Shown here: in pieces, positions 8,616-19,600 of the stretch
Numbering within the stretch: the first letter of the stretch is position 1
Layout: the number at the start of each line of letters is the position of its first letter
DNA from: Chloroflexota bacterium
GTDB taxonomy: Bacteria; Chloroflexota; UBA6077; JACCZL01
DNA: 53,404 nucleotides
Assembly: GCA_046154735.1 (NCBI GenBank)
Contig: JBJXFJ010000019.1
Span: 1-53,404, forward strand
Direction of reading: 5' to 3'
Notes under the pieces: generated by a model
Seen by the model: the letters and a program-made list of their open reading frames with translations, nothing else
Told to the model about the DNA's origin: nothing
Database searches by the model: none
Program-made: the position numbers and the translations under genes

Positions 8616-11510
8616 TTAGTCAAGCCGGGCAAGACGTAATACGACTCCGTTTCGACTGTCGACAATGTAGACCTCGCCACTGGCAGCAACGGTGATGCCA
8701 GTGGGCTGAGCCGCGCCAAGTGGGCCCGGCTCCAGGCTCACGGTCCGCACCTGACCAGCAGGCGTCACGACGATGAGTTGCCCGGCATCGGGCGCTGAAG
8801 CGATCACGCTACCATTCGGAGATACGGCCAAATAGGGTTTATTCGTGATTGCCTGGCTCTCCCAGCCTACCACAGCCGTCTGAGACAATGCCGTACCATC
8901 CGCGCTGATTCGCTGAACACGGTTGTTCCATGCATCAGCAATCCACAGGCCGTCTGTGCCCCAGGCCAGGCCAACGGGCTCCCGGAGTCTGCCTGGCGCG
9001 GCGCCTTCACCGCCAATCGCTCCAAGCGAATTTCCGGCCATATCGAAGATCTGCACGCGCTTATTGCCCGTATCGGTGATGTAGAGGCGACCGTCCGGCC
9101 CGAGAGCAATATCGCGCGGCCCCCAGAAAAGGCCCGGCCCAACGCCGATCTGTCCCTGGCTATCGCCCAATACTCCCCATTGGCCGAGGAACTGGCCGGT
9201 CTGATCGAATCGCTGAATGCGGTGGTTCCAGGTATCAGCCACATAGACGTCACCATTGGGAGCCACCGTCAGCCCCCAGGGCTCATTCAACTGGCCGGCG
9301 CCTGAGCCTGCCTGGCCAAATCGTCCGACCACCGAGCCATCTCGATCAAGGATGCTCACTCGATTGGCTCGCCCCTCGGAGACGTAGAGCCGGCCACTCG
9401 CATCGATTGCCACGTCTTTGGGATCAATGAGCTGGGACTGTCCGCTCACGTCAATTCCAAGGCGAGCAAGCACGGTGGCGCTGCCGGCACTGATCGGCGC
9501 TGCAGACGGGATCGTCTGAACTGCCGCGTTGGGTGCGGAGCTCAATGGGCCGGGGCCGATGCCAGGAATGTCCTTCCGAACGAACAGGTAAAACTCACGC
9601 GCGCCGAGGGTATTCAGCGGCTCCCGATAGAGGAAGAACTTGATGAGTTTCCCGCGCTGTTCCGGATCGCTCAGGCCTTCCAGAATCACGGTGGGCGATA
9701 GGCCCTTATAGTCCTCGGGGAACCACCAGTTGAGCTTGTACTTGGTGCCGGTATAGTCGCCCAGCGCAGGGCGAATGGGATCAAGATTGGGTGCCATCAC
9801 GAGAATGGCTGGGTAATCGCGAAGATTGATATCACTACCCACCGTGCGCGAAAAGTACCGGCGGTTCTTGTAGCCCCGGAGATACCACTCGAAGGGCCAG
9901 GAGACCGCCTCGTGAACGACTGGTTGTCCACCCACGGTTTCGGTGTATCCATTGTCCATGAGGATTCGGAGATCTTTACCTTGCCCGGTTTGAAATCCAA
10001 TCCGCTCCAGCTCGCGCGTCACCCAAACGACATCGGGCGACGATTGAACGTAGATCAGCATATCTCTCGGGACATCCGCATGCTCGTAGGTGGCCAGCCA
10101 GGCGGTGCGTACGTAGAAGACTGTTCCGCTGAAGAGCAGCGCGCAGGCCAGACCCGTGCGCACGGCTTTGAGATGGGAGGTCCGCGCGATCCAGATGAGA
10201 CTTCCGGCTGCGCCGAGAACAAACAGAATGAGAGTCAGTCGCTCCAGCCCTAACGCCTGTCCATCGATCACGTTGAGCCATTGGACCGCGTGAATGGCCA
10301 CGAAGGCGACCGTGAACGCCACAATACTCACCCACAAGCCGATGGCGTAACGCAAGCTGGGCGAACGCCAGGTGTCCGGCGAAATGCTCTGAATCCAACG
10401 GGCCAGCACCGGTGCCCCGGTGAGGATCAAGGGCAGCGTCAGGTGGAGAATGAGCCAGGGCATCTTTTCGCCGGCGTAGGAATAGATCACCAGCGCGCCG
10501 ATGGACCACGCCAGGCAGAACTTGCCAAAGAGGTTGAATCGCTGTTGTGCCACAGCGATGAGCGCCAATGTCAGCGGGATGAACTCATACAGGGTCAACA
10601 GAAGCAGGTAGTAGAACCAGGGCTGACCCCCTCGCTGCACATCGTGCTGATCGATCCAGTATTTCAAGGCACCGTAGGAGCCACTGACGATGCCGCCCTG
10701 CGTGCAGGGGCGTCCAGCCAGGCACTCCCAGGGATTGCCCAGGTTGGTGAGAAACGTGGTGAATAGCAGTGCGTAGATCGAGAAGAAAATCAGCAGGCAC
10801 CGACCCATGAGTCCTGGTGACAGGCTGCGCACCACATCCAGGGCCTCATCTCCATCTCGATCGAATTTGCGAATTGCGATCATCAAGATTACGAATACGG
10901 TCCAGATGAAGCCCGTGATATACGTCGCTTCTTTCGTCGCGAAAGACAGTGAGAACGCGGCTGAGAATATGTACAGATGCTTTGGTTGCCGGGTGCGGAT
11001 GTAGCCAAAGAGCCCTACGGCCATCACCATAGTGAAGAATGCGAATGGCATATCTTCACGGGCGAACCGCGAGAAATAAAGGTAACCGGGTGAGATCGTG
11101 AGCAGTACGCCCGCGATCACCGCGGCGAGTTTGCCCAGCTCGTGTCGCACAAAGTACGGCAGGCCAATCATAAACGTGCCCAGCAGAACATACTGCAGAC
11201 GCGCGGTTACATCATTATCGCCAAAGAGAAAGAACAGGAATGCATTGACGTGGAACTGCTCAGGTCCGTGCATGAGTGGGTCATGCACATAGCCTCGTCC
11301 TGAGTAGAGATACCAAGAGTAGGTCGCATGCAAGCTCTCATCGTGATGCAGCGCGCGGGCACCGATATCGTGCATGCGCAGTAGGAAACCCACCACCATC
11401 AGCGCCAGAAAGATGATCTTGAGGATGCGATCGTCTGATGTAGATGGAAGCCCTGCCTGGTCAGCGCCGTGAGCGGGCGATGAGAGAGGTCTTTCCTTGA
11501 GTTGAACCAT
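8616..11510 (-). CDS. TIGR03663/Agl23-like GT-C membrane protein fused to a C-terminal NHL-repeat beta-propeller
   Basis: LHHDESLHA, YVHDPLMHGP, FSRFARED, YAGEKMPWL, YVQSSPD; C-terminal repeats such as QLNEPWGLTV..DVYVADTWNHRIQRF and FWGPRDIAL..LYITDTGNKRVQIF. Confidence 0.8.
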   Translation of the reverse strand: MVQLKERPLSSPAHGADQAGLPSTSDDRILKIIFLALMVVGFLLRMHDIGARALHHDESLHATYSWYLYSGRGYVHDPLMHGPEQFHVNAFLFFLFGDNDVTARLQYVLLGTFMIGLPYFVRHELGKLAAVIAGVLLTISPGYLYFSRFAREDMPFAFFTMVMAVGLFGYIRTRQPKHLYIFSAAFSLSFATKEATYITGFIWTVFVILMIAIRKFDRDGDEALDVVRSLSPGLMGRCLLIFFSIYALLFTTFLTNLGNPWECLAGRPCTQGGIVSGSYGALKYWIDQHDVQRGGQPWFYYLLLLTLYEFIPLTLALIAVAQQRFNLFGKFCLAWSIGALVIYSYAGEKMPWLILHLTLPLILTGAPVLARWIQSISPDTWRSPSLRYAIGLWVSIVAFTVAFVAIHAVQWLNVIDGQALGLERLTLILFVLGAAGSLIWIARTSHLKAVRTGLACALLFSGTVFYVRTAWLATYEHADVPRDMLIYVQSSPDVVWVTRELERIGFQTGQGKDLRILMDNGYTETVGGQPVVHEAVSWPFEWYLRGYKNRRYFSRTVGSDINLRDYPAILVMAPNLDPIRPALGDYTGTKYKLNWWFPEDYKGLSPTVILEGLSDPEQRGKLIKFFLYREPLNTLGAREFYLFVRKDIPGIGPGPLSSAPNAAVQTIPSAAPISAGSATVLARLGIDVSGQSQLIDPKDVAIDASGRLYVSEGRANRVSILDRDGSVVGRFGQAGSGAGQLNEPWGLTVAPNGDVYVADTWNHRIQRFDQTGQFLGQWGVLGDSQGQIGVGPGLFWGPRDIALGPDGRLYITDTGNKRVQIFDMAGNSLGAIGGEGAAPGRLREPVGLAWGTDGLWIADAWNNRVQRISADGTALSQTAVVGWESQAITNKPYLAVSPNGSVIASAPDAGQLIVVTPAGQVRTVSLEPGPLGAAQPTGITVAASGEVYIVDSRNGVVLRLARLD

Positions 11511-11581
11511 CCTACATCAGTCCGCGGAGGTGAGTATGTGAGCGGACAATCGTGTGGAAACACGAGACCGGCCGCGTAGGC

Positions 11582-13279
11582 TTAGCGGAACAGGAGTATA
11601 TCATAGGGCTCCACTCGGAAGACGGATCGACGCCAGAAGCTCCACTCCGCCAGACGAATGGGCGTGAGCTCGGCGAACGCGGTGGTGCGGTATCCCACTG
11701 TGACTCGTAACCCACCATCTGGAAGGGTATCAGCGCGAGTCGAGGCCAGCTTTATGGCAAGGCCGCCTCGGATGTCTTCCGGTGGAGTCCAGCGGACACT
11801 TCGATTCGATCGAAGCGCCCAGCCTAGCGGCCCTTTGAGTCGCTCATCCACCGATATCGTGCGTCGGTCCTGGTCCCACTCCCAGATTGCAAGCTGATTC
11901 TCCACTTCTCGAAAGTCGGGTGTGAAGACGAATCCCGAAGTGATGCGGCCAAGGTCAGACTCGGACGCGGCCGCCAACCGGCTCGAGCTCAGGATGGTCC
12001 CCAACCCCGCGAAGCCCAGAACCATCGCAAGGCAACCGTACAAGGTGGCCTGCCGTCCGACTAGAGCGTACGCGCCAATGACACTGCCGGCCAGTCCTGC
12101 CAGTCCTGCGAGCAGAATCGGCAACGCTGGAGGGGTGGAGTTGCGTAGCGCTGGCAACGACGCGACGAACGCTGCGATGAGTGGCGCAGCGGCCGCGGCG
12201 GCCACGATGTACGCGGGACGCTCTCGCCAGATCGGCAGCGTTGTCAACCGCGCGAGCCATGGGCCACCAACAAGCGCGCCGGGGATGATAGCTGGCACAA
12301 GAAATCGACTCTCTCCCCGTCCACTGACCACGGCAATGCCGAAAGCAATGGCGGCCCATGCAGCGGAAAAGCGCTCTAGCGCGGTGCCACGGCTTACTCG
12401 AATTGCGCCGGCCAGTGCGCAGACAAGTACGAGAGGCTCGGAGCCTATAAGGAGGCTCACGGGCACCAGGGGTATTCTCCCGGGTTGAAGGAAATCTCCA
12501 CTCCAGACCCACAGCGCATCCACCAGGCCGGACTGTATTCCGCCGGGGTTCGTCAGAAATCTTGTGGTATAGAGTCCCATGGTGAGAACGAAGCCCAGTA
12601 CGACGGGGCTCCACCCCATTCTTCGAGCCTCGGAAAATCGGAGCCTCAAGATGTTGACATCAAAGGCGAATATGGCGGCAGCACCTAGCCCCAATATCTG
12701 GAGCGCAAACGTGGCATCGGTCGCGAGGCCCGCCGCAAAGGAGGCTCCCAATACTATCGACCAGCCTTGTGGGGGCGTCGCCGTCTTCACGAGCGCCGCG
12801 AGCACGTGCGCACCAGCTAGCACAAACATGAAGAGCACGCAGCCAAGTGTCGACGAACTGAGTGCCGAGCGTGAGGATTCGATAAGGATGGGAGAAGCTG
12901 CGAGCAACGCGGCAACTCCGAGCGCAGATCGAGATCCGAGTAGAGAGCTCGTGAACCAGGTCAATGCCACGACGGTAATGCCGGCAACTGCTGAGACAAG
13001 CCGGGCCGCCGCGTCTGAACTGCCAAACCAGAAAAAAAGCACCGAGATGAGTCCAACGTAGCCAGGTGACGCGGCCTCTGGGCTGGCCCACTGACGGCCA
13101 AATCCGAGTCCGCGAAATGCATCCATGGCCATACGGGCTTCGTCCGGATCCAGCGGCCGCGACCCTAATTCCATCAGGCGGATAATGACCGCACCGCCTA
13201 GCACGATGAGCCAGAGCAGCCGATCTTGATTGATATAAACGTTGGGCAGCACGCCTCCCAGGGGCTCGGCGCGCATCAC
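11582..13279 (-). CDS. GT-C fold (GT39/PMT_2-like) polytopic membrane protein, divergent TIGR03663-like paralog
   Basis: First TM followed by RPLDPDEA acidic motif, FGSSDAAARL, LLAASP; about 13 hydrophobic segments. Confidence 0.6.
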   Translation of the reverse strand: MMRAEPLGGVLPNVYINQDRLLWLIVLGGAVIIRLMELGSRPLDPDEARMAMDAFRGLGFGRQWASPEAASPGYVGLISVLFFWFGSSDAAARLVSAVAGITVVALTWFTSSLLGSRSALGVAALLAASPILIESSRSALSSSTLGCVLFMFVLAGAHVLAALVKTATPPQGWSIVLGASFAAGLATDATFALQILGLGAAAIFAFDVNILRLRFSEARRMGWSPVVLGFVLTMGLYTTRFLTNPGGIQSGLVDALWVWSGDFLQPGRIPLVPVSLLIGSEPLVLVCALAGAIRVSRGTALERFSAAWAAIAFGIAVVSGRGESRFLVPAIIPGALVGGPWLARLTTLPIWRERPAYIVAAAAAAPLIAAFVASLPALRNSTPPALPILLAGLAGLAGSVIGAYALVGRQATLYGCLAMVLGFAGLGTILSSSRLAAASESDLGRITSGFVFTPDFREVENQLAIWEWDQDRRTISVDERLKGPLGWALRSNRSVRWTPPEDIRGGLAIKLASTRADTLPDGGLRVTVGYRTTAFAELTPIRLAEWSFWRRSVFRVEPYDILLFR

Positions 13280-15507
13280 CGTGCTGCCGCCAACTGACGC
13301 TGCAAGATGAGGGTATCTCCGCGTTGCTGAATCACCGGTAGCCAGAGGCGCAGCCTCTCTCCTACATCGGGACCGTATTTATCCCGCTCCAAGCGTCCCA
13401 CGAATACATGGGTGGCCTGAAGCACGTCCATCAGTCGCAGCGCAGATTCGGGATCACGCGTCTGGTAGAGCTCCTGAACCAGTCGCTCTCGCCGGGTAAG
13501 CTCATCAATCGGACCACGCCATTGCAGTTCATGGCCGACCCAGCCGATCGGTGTGGGAACCCCGGAAAACGTCGAGACCCGGGCGAAATCGGTGTAATCC
13601 CCCCCCACGGCCTCGACGATCACTGCGCGGCTCGGAACTGAAGCTTGCAGCCAGTCAATTGCGGCCAGATCATTCGCGTACTGGCGGCGTGCGAACGCGG
13701 ACCCATCCAGTGTTGGCGGCGTGGCAAGCTGACCCGCTTTCGTGATTGTCGCGCCAATAGGATAGAGACCACCGGTGATCAAGACAATGAGGATTGAAGC
13801 GCTCGCTATGATGCGTCGAATCCGGGACTGGGCTATTAGCGATGCGAGCGCCACGGCACTTCCGAGAGATAGCAACAGCCAGGCGTTGTAATGGAACTTG
13901 AACACGGTATTCATACGCGTCCCAAATGAGTCACGAATGAACAGAAGCTCGGTCCCCGCGATGATTGCGAATCCAAGTACGAGGAAGAGTCCCGCGGTGA
14001 TCTCCAGCATGGCTGGGAGTGGATCCTCGGACTTCGCCCAGACGGCCCCGACGAGCCTCTGCGCGCAGAACGCACCGAGCAATAGCGCAAGGCCTAGCGT
14101 GCGAGCCTCCAGGAGGATGGCCAGAATGCAGAGCAACACGCCGGCAATTGGGAAGGCGACCAGCCATCTGGGTAGTTGAGGTTCCCGTGCGAGACTCGGC
14201 GCTGGTATGACAAGCCAGACGGCGACAGAGAGGACGAATGCGCCAAAGATCACCAGGAACGATGGGAGCGGAGTACGCTCATCCACAATATCTATCCCGA
14301 GCGGCTGACTGGTGTAGCCAACGAAATACGGGAGCACAAGAATCAGCGCAATTCCATAGCAAGCTACAAGGGATTGAAGCCCCGCGCGGAGTGTGCGGCT
14401 CCGGAGCGCCGCGAGGACGGTACACACCCCAAAGAGTCCCCAGAATACCGGCACATCCCACGTGTTGGCGGGGATCAGAGCGCCGAGCGCAATTGCTGAA
14501 ATGAACCGCCAGGCCCAACTTCCCATGAGCTCTGGTCGCACGAATACCACCACGCCAAGTGCCACCGCGAGGAGATCCAGCGGGAGGGCCATGTAATGAG
14601 GGTGGAGATCTCCAAGGAGAAAGCTAAAGAACGGGAACTCATTGATACCGTCAGGCTTCGTGGTTGGGATGACTCGCGATGCTCGCCACCACCATCCGCC
14701 ATCGGCGGGTAGCCACCCTAACGCCGGTTGACCGACCTTCAAGCCCTTGAGCCCGATAGCCGACCAAAATTCTGCGCTCCCAATATTCTGAATCGAGAGG
14801 AGCTCGAGGACAGCTTCCAGATTTCCGATCACGGAAAGAAACAGCCCACCGATGATTCCCGCGCTCTCGGCAATGACGCGTTGTCCGGGGTGGGCGAGTC
14901 GCGCGATGTTCATGATCAAGCTGTAGGCGCCAACGAATGTCAGCGCAAAAACGGTGGCAACGGCGAGATTGTAGGCAATTGGCCCCGGCGTCCCGGCGAG
15001 CTTGGCAATGAGTGCGTGGGTGAAATAGAGAAAGTGGTAGTAGGGCATGCCGTAGCCGGCCAGCCATGGGTCAGGCGCCGGCAGGGCTTGGTGAGTGAGA
15101 AAGCTTTTCATGATGGCAAAATCCATGAACTTTTCCTGACCCACGATGTCAGGTGTGTACGAGCGCACCATGACTGCCGCGAGAAAAGCGGCTGAGAACA
15201 GAAGCTCACCACCGAGCCAGCTTCGATATCCCACCAGACAGCGGCGGGCACACGCCCCCCACCGCCACCAAGCCAGACCAGCCATCGTGCTCAATACCAC
15301 GACCACCGACGCGCGACTGAACTGAATGAACCCGAGCATCCCAGTGAGCCAGATGCTTCCGCTGACGATCAGCACGCCCAGCAGCTTGCTGATCGCAAAC
15401 CCACGATCAGGTAGCGGATCGAATACGCGTACCGTTAGCGGAAGCACGGCCAGACTGAAGAACTGAAGTGCCAGGTACCATGCTCCAACAGCAACGATCT
15501 CCGTCAA
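13276..15507 (-). CDS. DUF2298 (Chlor_Arch_YYY, TIGR03662-like) GT-C membrane protein
   Basis: GQEKFMDF, DPWLAGYGMPYYH, INEFPFFSFLLGDLHPH, NTWD, RMNTVFKFHY, GWVGHELQWRG. Confidence 0.85.
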   Translation of the reverse strand: MTEIVAVGAWYLALQFFSLAVLPLTVRVFDPLPDRGFAISKLLGVLIVSGSIWLTGMLGFIQFSRASVVVVLSTMAGLAWWRWGACARRCLVGYRSWLGGELLFSAAFLAAVMVRSYTPDIVGQEKFMDFAIMKSFLTHQALPAPDPWLAGYGMPYYHFLYFTHALIAKLAGTPGPIAYNLAVATVFALTFVGAYSLIMNIARLAHPGQRVIAESAGIIGGLFLSVIGNLEAVLELLSIQNIGSAEFWSAIGLKGLKVGQPALGWLPADGGWWWRASRVIPTTKPDGINEFPFFSFLLGDLHPHYMALPLDLLAVALGVVVFVRPELMGSWAWRFISAIALGALIPANTWDVPVFWGLFGVCTVLAALRSRTLRAGLQSLVACYGIALILVLPYFVGYTSQPLGIDIVDERTPLPSFLVIFGAFVLSVAVWLVIPAPSLAREPQLPRWLVAFPIAGVLLCILAILLEARTLGLALLLGAFCAQRLVGAVWAKSEDPLPAMLEITAGLFLVLGFAIIAGTELLFIRDSFGTRMNTVFKFHYNAWLLLSLGSAVALASLIAQSRIRRIIASASILIVLITGGLYPIGATITKAGQLATPPTLDGSAFARRQYANDLAAIDWLQASVPSRAVIVEAVGGDYTDFARVSTFSGVPTPIGWVGHELQWRGPIDELTRRERLVQELYQTRDPESALRLMDVLQATHVFVGRLERDKYGPDVGERLRLWLPVIQQRGDTLILQRQLAAAR

Positions 15508-16505
15508 TGGCTCACGTGCTCCGTGCTGCGTGCTCCGCTAAGGAGCTGAGCAAAGGAGAAGCGGCCGCGCCAGAGGTAGATGACGCCACCCACCAGAAAG
15601 AAGCCAAAGACCGAGGCGTGCAGTACGATAGCCGCGCTGAGCGCGATGGTTTCAGGCACGTCGAAGGCACCGAGCGACACCACAATGAGCGCGTGATAGA
15701 CGCCCACATACCCCGGGGCTGAGGGTACGGCCATTCCGAGATTGGAGACCACCAGCACGAAAAACACCATGGCGAATGTAGGGGCTATACCTACTGACAT
15801 CAAGCCGGTTGCGAGCATGGCAGCGGCGCTTAACCAGAGCACCGCCGACCAGACCACCGACCAGAAGAGAGTTTGAGGAGACTGCATGCTGCGGAATCCA
15901 TCAACGAATGATGCCGCGAGAGCGCTGATGTGCAGACGATCAATGATGGGCAGGCGCTTCTCGAAAAATCGAATGAGACCAAGAACGCGCTGTTCGGCGA
16001 TAAGCAAACAGATCGTACCGGCGACGCCAACAGCCAGACCCAGACCGGTGGCGATGGCCGCGGCATTGGCCCAATCGGGGAGCGGTGCGAGGGCGGCGAG
16101 CACGACGAAAATGACAATCAGTGCGCCAACATCGAAGAGTTTTTCCAGAACAATTGTGGCAACTGATGTGCTCACGCCGAGCTTGTCATGATGCCCAACC
16201 AGGTATGCGCGCACCAGTTCCCCCATCCGTAGAGGTGCCACCGTATTCACCATGTACCCGATGTAGAGGGCTGGAACGAGCCCAGCTCGCTTGGCCGCAT
16301 CATAATCTGGGAAATATAGGCGTTGGCGAGCGGCCTTAAGCCACATGGATGGCGGAAGTATGAGCAGCGTGATGGCCACGAAGAGCGGATTCGTATGCCT
16401 GAGCGTTTCCAGCAGCTCCTGGAGATTCACCTGCCGTAACACGAAGAACAGGCAGACGGCACTGATGATGATACCGATGAGAACGCGTGGATTGAGAAGC
16501 GACAT
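15504..16505 (-). CDS. UPF0104 / LPG-synthase TM-domain (flippase-like) membrane protein
   Basis: NTVAPLRMGELVRA, LEKLFD, VPSAPGYVGVY; ATG at 16505 preferred over the longer ORF start at 16544. Confidence 0.85.
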   Translation of the reverse strand: MSLLNPRVLIGIIISAVCLFFVLRQVNLQELLETLRHTNPLFVAITLLILPPSMWLKAARQRLYFPDYDAAKRAGLVPALYIGYMVNTVAPLRMGELVRAYLVGHHDKLGVSTSVATIVLEKLFDVGALIVIFVVLAALAPLPDWANAAAIATGLGLAVGVAGTICLLIAEQRVLGLIRFFEKRLPIIDRLHISALAASFVDGFRSMQSPQTLFWSVVWSAVLWLSAAAMLATGLMSVGIAPTFAMVFFVLVVSNLGMAVPSAPGYVGVYHALIVVSLGAFDVPETIALSAAIVLHASVFGFFLVGGVIYLWRGRFSFAQLLSGARSTEHVSH

Positions 16506-16604
16506 TACCCGGAATCGTCCAGTCTGGTGTCGATAACGACACACTCTCGGATTATCGACCGTGCGAAACGTATTGTGATAACGATCGGCAGCGGCTGATC
16601 TTGC

Positions 16605-19600
16605 TTAACCACGGCGCACTTCATATATTGATACTTCTTGATTCTCATAGACGCGATTCCAGAGGCTTCCCTCGAACCTTCGCATCTTTACCTCGACGCC
16701 CGGGTAGTAGATCCGTTCGAGTTGACCAATGTAGACGTAGCGGGCACTGTAGCGATCAAGGATTTCGCGGGTGCGTTCCTCGGTGGCGCTTCCGAGGATC
16801 TCGTTCACATCGTTGATGCGTCGATCGACCACGTCACCCGGCAAAATCGCACGCTGCTGTTTTTGATGCCAGTCCCAGCCAATGATAGTGGGCAGACCGG
16901 TGTTGATAGAGACTCGTGAACCCCAGCGATACAACGGTGTTACCGCTTCCACGATGACCGGTGAACCGTCGATGGTTGCCAGCAGCCAATCGATCGCCTC
17001 ACGATCCCATCGAAGCGCGATTGCCTGGTTGCGGTCGTTATACACGGCCTGATCTGAATAGGCGAGACCGTCAAGCGTAACTTGCGTGCTGTTTTCGAAG
17101 CGGTCGTGTGCACGGACATACGTTGCAAAGATCGGGTAGAGCAGGCCCGATGCGACGAGGGCTGCAAACGCGGGGCGCCACCAGCCAGGGAGTCTCGGGA
17201 GCTCAGTATTCCGAGACCCACGCTGATCTACTGTCAATACTTGCCTGAAACCAAGCAGCCCGGGCAGCATCACCGCGGCCGCGATTGACCACAGCGTCCA
17301 CACCTGCAGGTAGAACTTGAACACGGTGTTCATGCGGCTGATATCGCCCTTGAGCACGATCACCTCCACCAGCATTGTCAGGGCCGCACCCAGCGCCACA
17401 CATGTGAGCGTGAAGCGGTCTCGCACCGAGGATTGCGGGTCGAGCAGCGGCACCATCGCCAGGCTGATGACGATGAGCGGTAAGGCAAGGGCGCCGCTCC
17501 TCATGGCGAAGAGTCCCACCGCGGCGACGACTGCCGCTGCGAGGAGCCCCAGTCCGAATCGGTGCGCACTCGAGCGCCGGACCAGGCGCCGACTAAGCAG
17601 GACGAATCGTCTCACTCGGTAACCGTGCCCGAAGAGGAGGCGCATTTCCCGAGCGAGAGGTGCACGTGTTGATTTCGCCCGAATTTGGCAAAGGAGCCCC
17701 GTGATGATTACGAAGAGCACGATACCGTGAATCACGAGATATGCGTCCAGCGGGGTGCGCGATCCCTGCCAGACCTCGAGGCTGGAATAACCCGCGGCGT
17801 AGGCCCGGTGGAAGGGTAAGAAGAGCAGATAGGCGAATCCCAGCATACCCAGCCACTGCACTAGAGCACGGACAACAAGATTCAGCGTAACTCGCCCCTG
17901 AACTGCCAGAGCGCGCCAGAACAGTGCCGCGCCCGCGAGGACAGAAAACGTCGGGAAGTCCCAGGTGTTGAGCGGCCACAGGGCCCCGAGCACAAGTGCC
18001 ATGAGGACAAAGGTCAATCGCGGAGTCCGTCGCGAAACGACGTGCCGACCGGCAAGACTCTCGGGCGCTGCCCTGCGGATCAGGCTAATCCCCAAACCAA
18101 GGCACACGAGCGTGAATGGCAATGCCATCATGTGCGCGTGCAAGTCCCCATAAAGAAATGTGAAGAAGGGAAACTCGGTGATTGGAACGGCTTCACCCTG
18201 AGGATGGGGAATAACCCTGGTGGCATTCCAATACCACCACTCGGTTCGAAATGGGAGCGTTCGGCCACTACTGACAACCTCTCGAACGCCATCGAAGACC
18301 CGGAGGATCTCGTTTAAGCCGCGCAACTGAATGGAGCTTCGTCCAATCTCATGCAGCCCCTTGATGATGAGCTGCAGCTCACCCAGATTCCCTAAAATCG
18401 CAATCCCCAGAGCCGCGCCCAGTCCCGCCAGGATGCTCCCGCGTGACGTGCGCGGAATTGCCGTGACTCGACCAGGAATTGGGCCCAGTTGGCGCTGCGC
18501 CAGGTTGAGCGCCACGCCAAACGCGCCAAGCGCGGTCGCGGCAAAGAACGTTGGGATCGCCAGGTTGTAGGTGACCCAGGGAACGATACCCGTGAGATGC
18601 ACCAGCGTTGCTACGAGGACGAAGCCAAAATAGTAATAGTTGATGTAGCCGCCAGCGAACCACGGATCATATGGCGGGAAGTACTCAGATCGAATAACCG
18701 CGTTGAGGTAGGCGAAATCCATGGGCTTCTCGCCGCCCATGACCGGGTGCCAGATGTCCGGGTTACTGGCACGCACTCCCAGAAAGGCCAGGAAGCAGAA
18801 AGTAAACAGCGCCTCTTCGAGGACTAGGAGTCGCCAGCGCGCCCTGACCAATTGGGCCAATTCGTGACCGCGCAGCACCAGGGTCAAGACCGAGCAAAGC
18901 GCCAACAGACCGAGCGATACGAGCACGAGTCGCGGCCCAAATTGCATCAGATGCAGGCTGGCTGCCATCCAGGATAGCCAACCCACAAGCAGGAGCCCCA
19001 GCGGTTTGGTAAGCGCGTACCCTCCGTCAATCATTGAACGGCAGGCGGCAAACGTGATCGGTAGGGCGATGAGCCCGATGAGCTGCAGGCCGAGCCACCA
19101 GGAGAGTGCCGGGAACTGGTTGCTCAGGCTCGATGGTGAAAACAGCTCACGCCAGGTGCCACCTGCCTGATACGATGCCCGATCTGCCGCGCTCAGCAGC
19201 AGGCCGGTCCGAGCCTTAGTGGCCTGGTCTGGTCTGAGACGTAGGATTCCTTCCCAATCGATCCCGTTGTTCAACTGTGCTCTGATCTGAACTCGATCAA
19301 AACTCGGGCTCTTCTGAAAAATGATCACCTTCGGGTGGTCGTACACACTCCAGGCTTCTTCGGCGGTCTGATCGGGCAGCGGAATTCCCAGGAAATGCGG
19401 GTATGACGTGAACTCAGCGATACGTTGGAATCCAAGCTGCTCTGCTAGGAGCAGTTCGTAGTAACGCGTGGTCATTGGGTAACGCATGGGCAGGCGTGGG
19501 ATCGAGTCGTAGAGACGATTACTCGAGAGCACCAAGTAGTCGGCTTGAACAAGGTTGCTCACCAGCTCATCAAGCTTCTTTGGGGTGTCCTCGTCATAAT

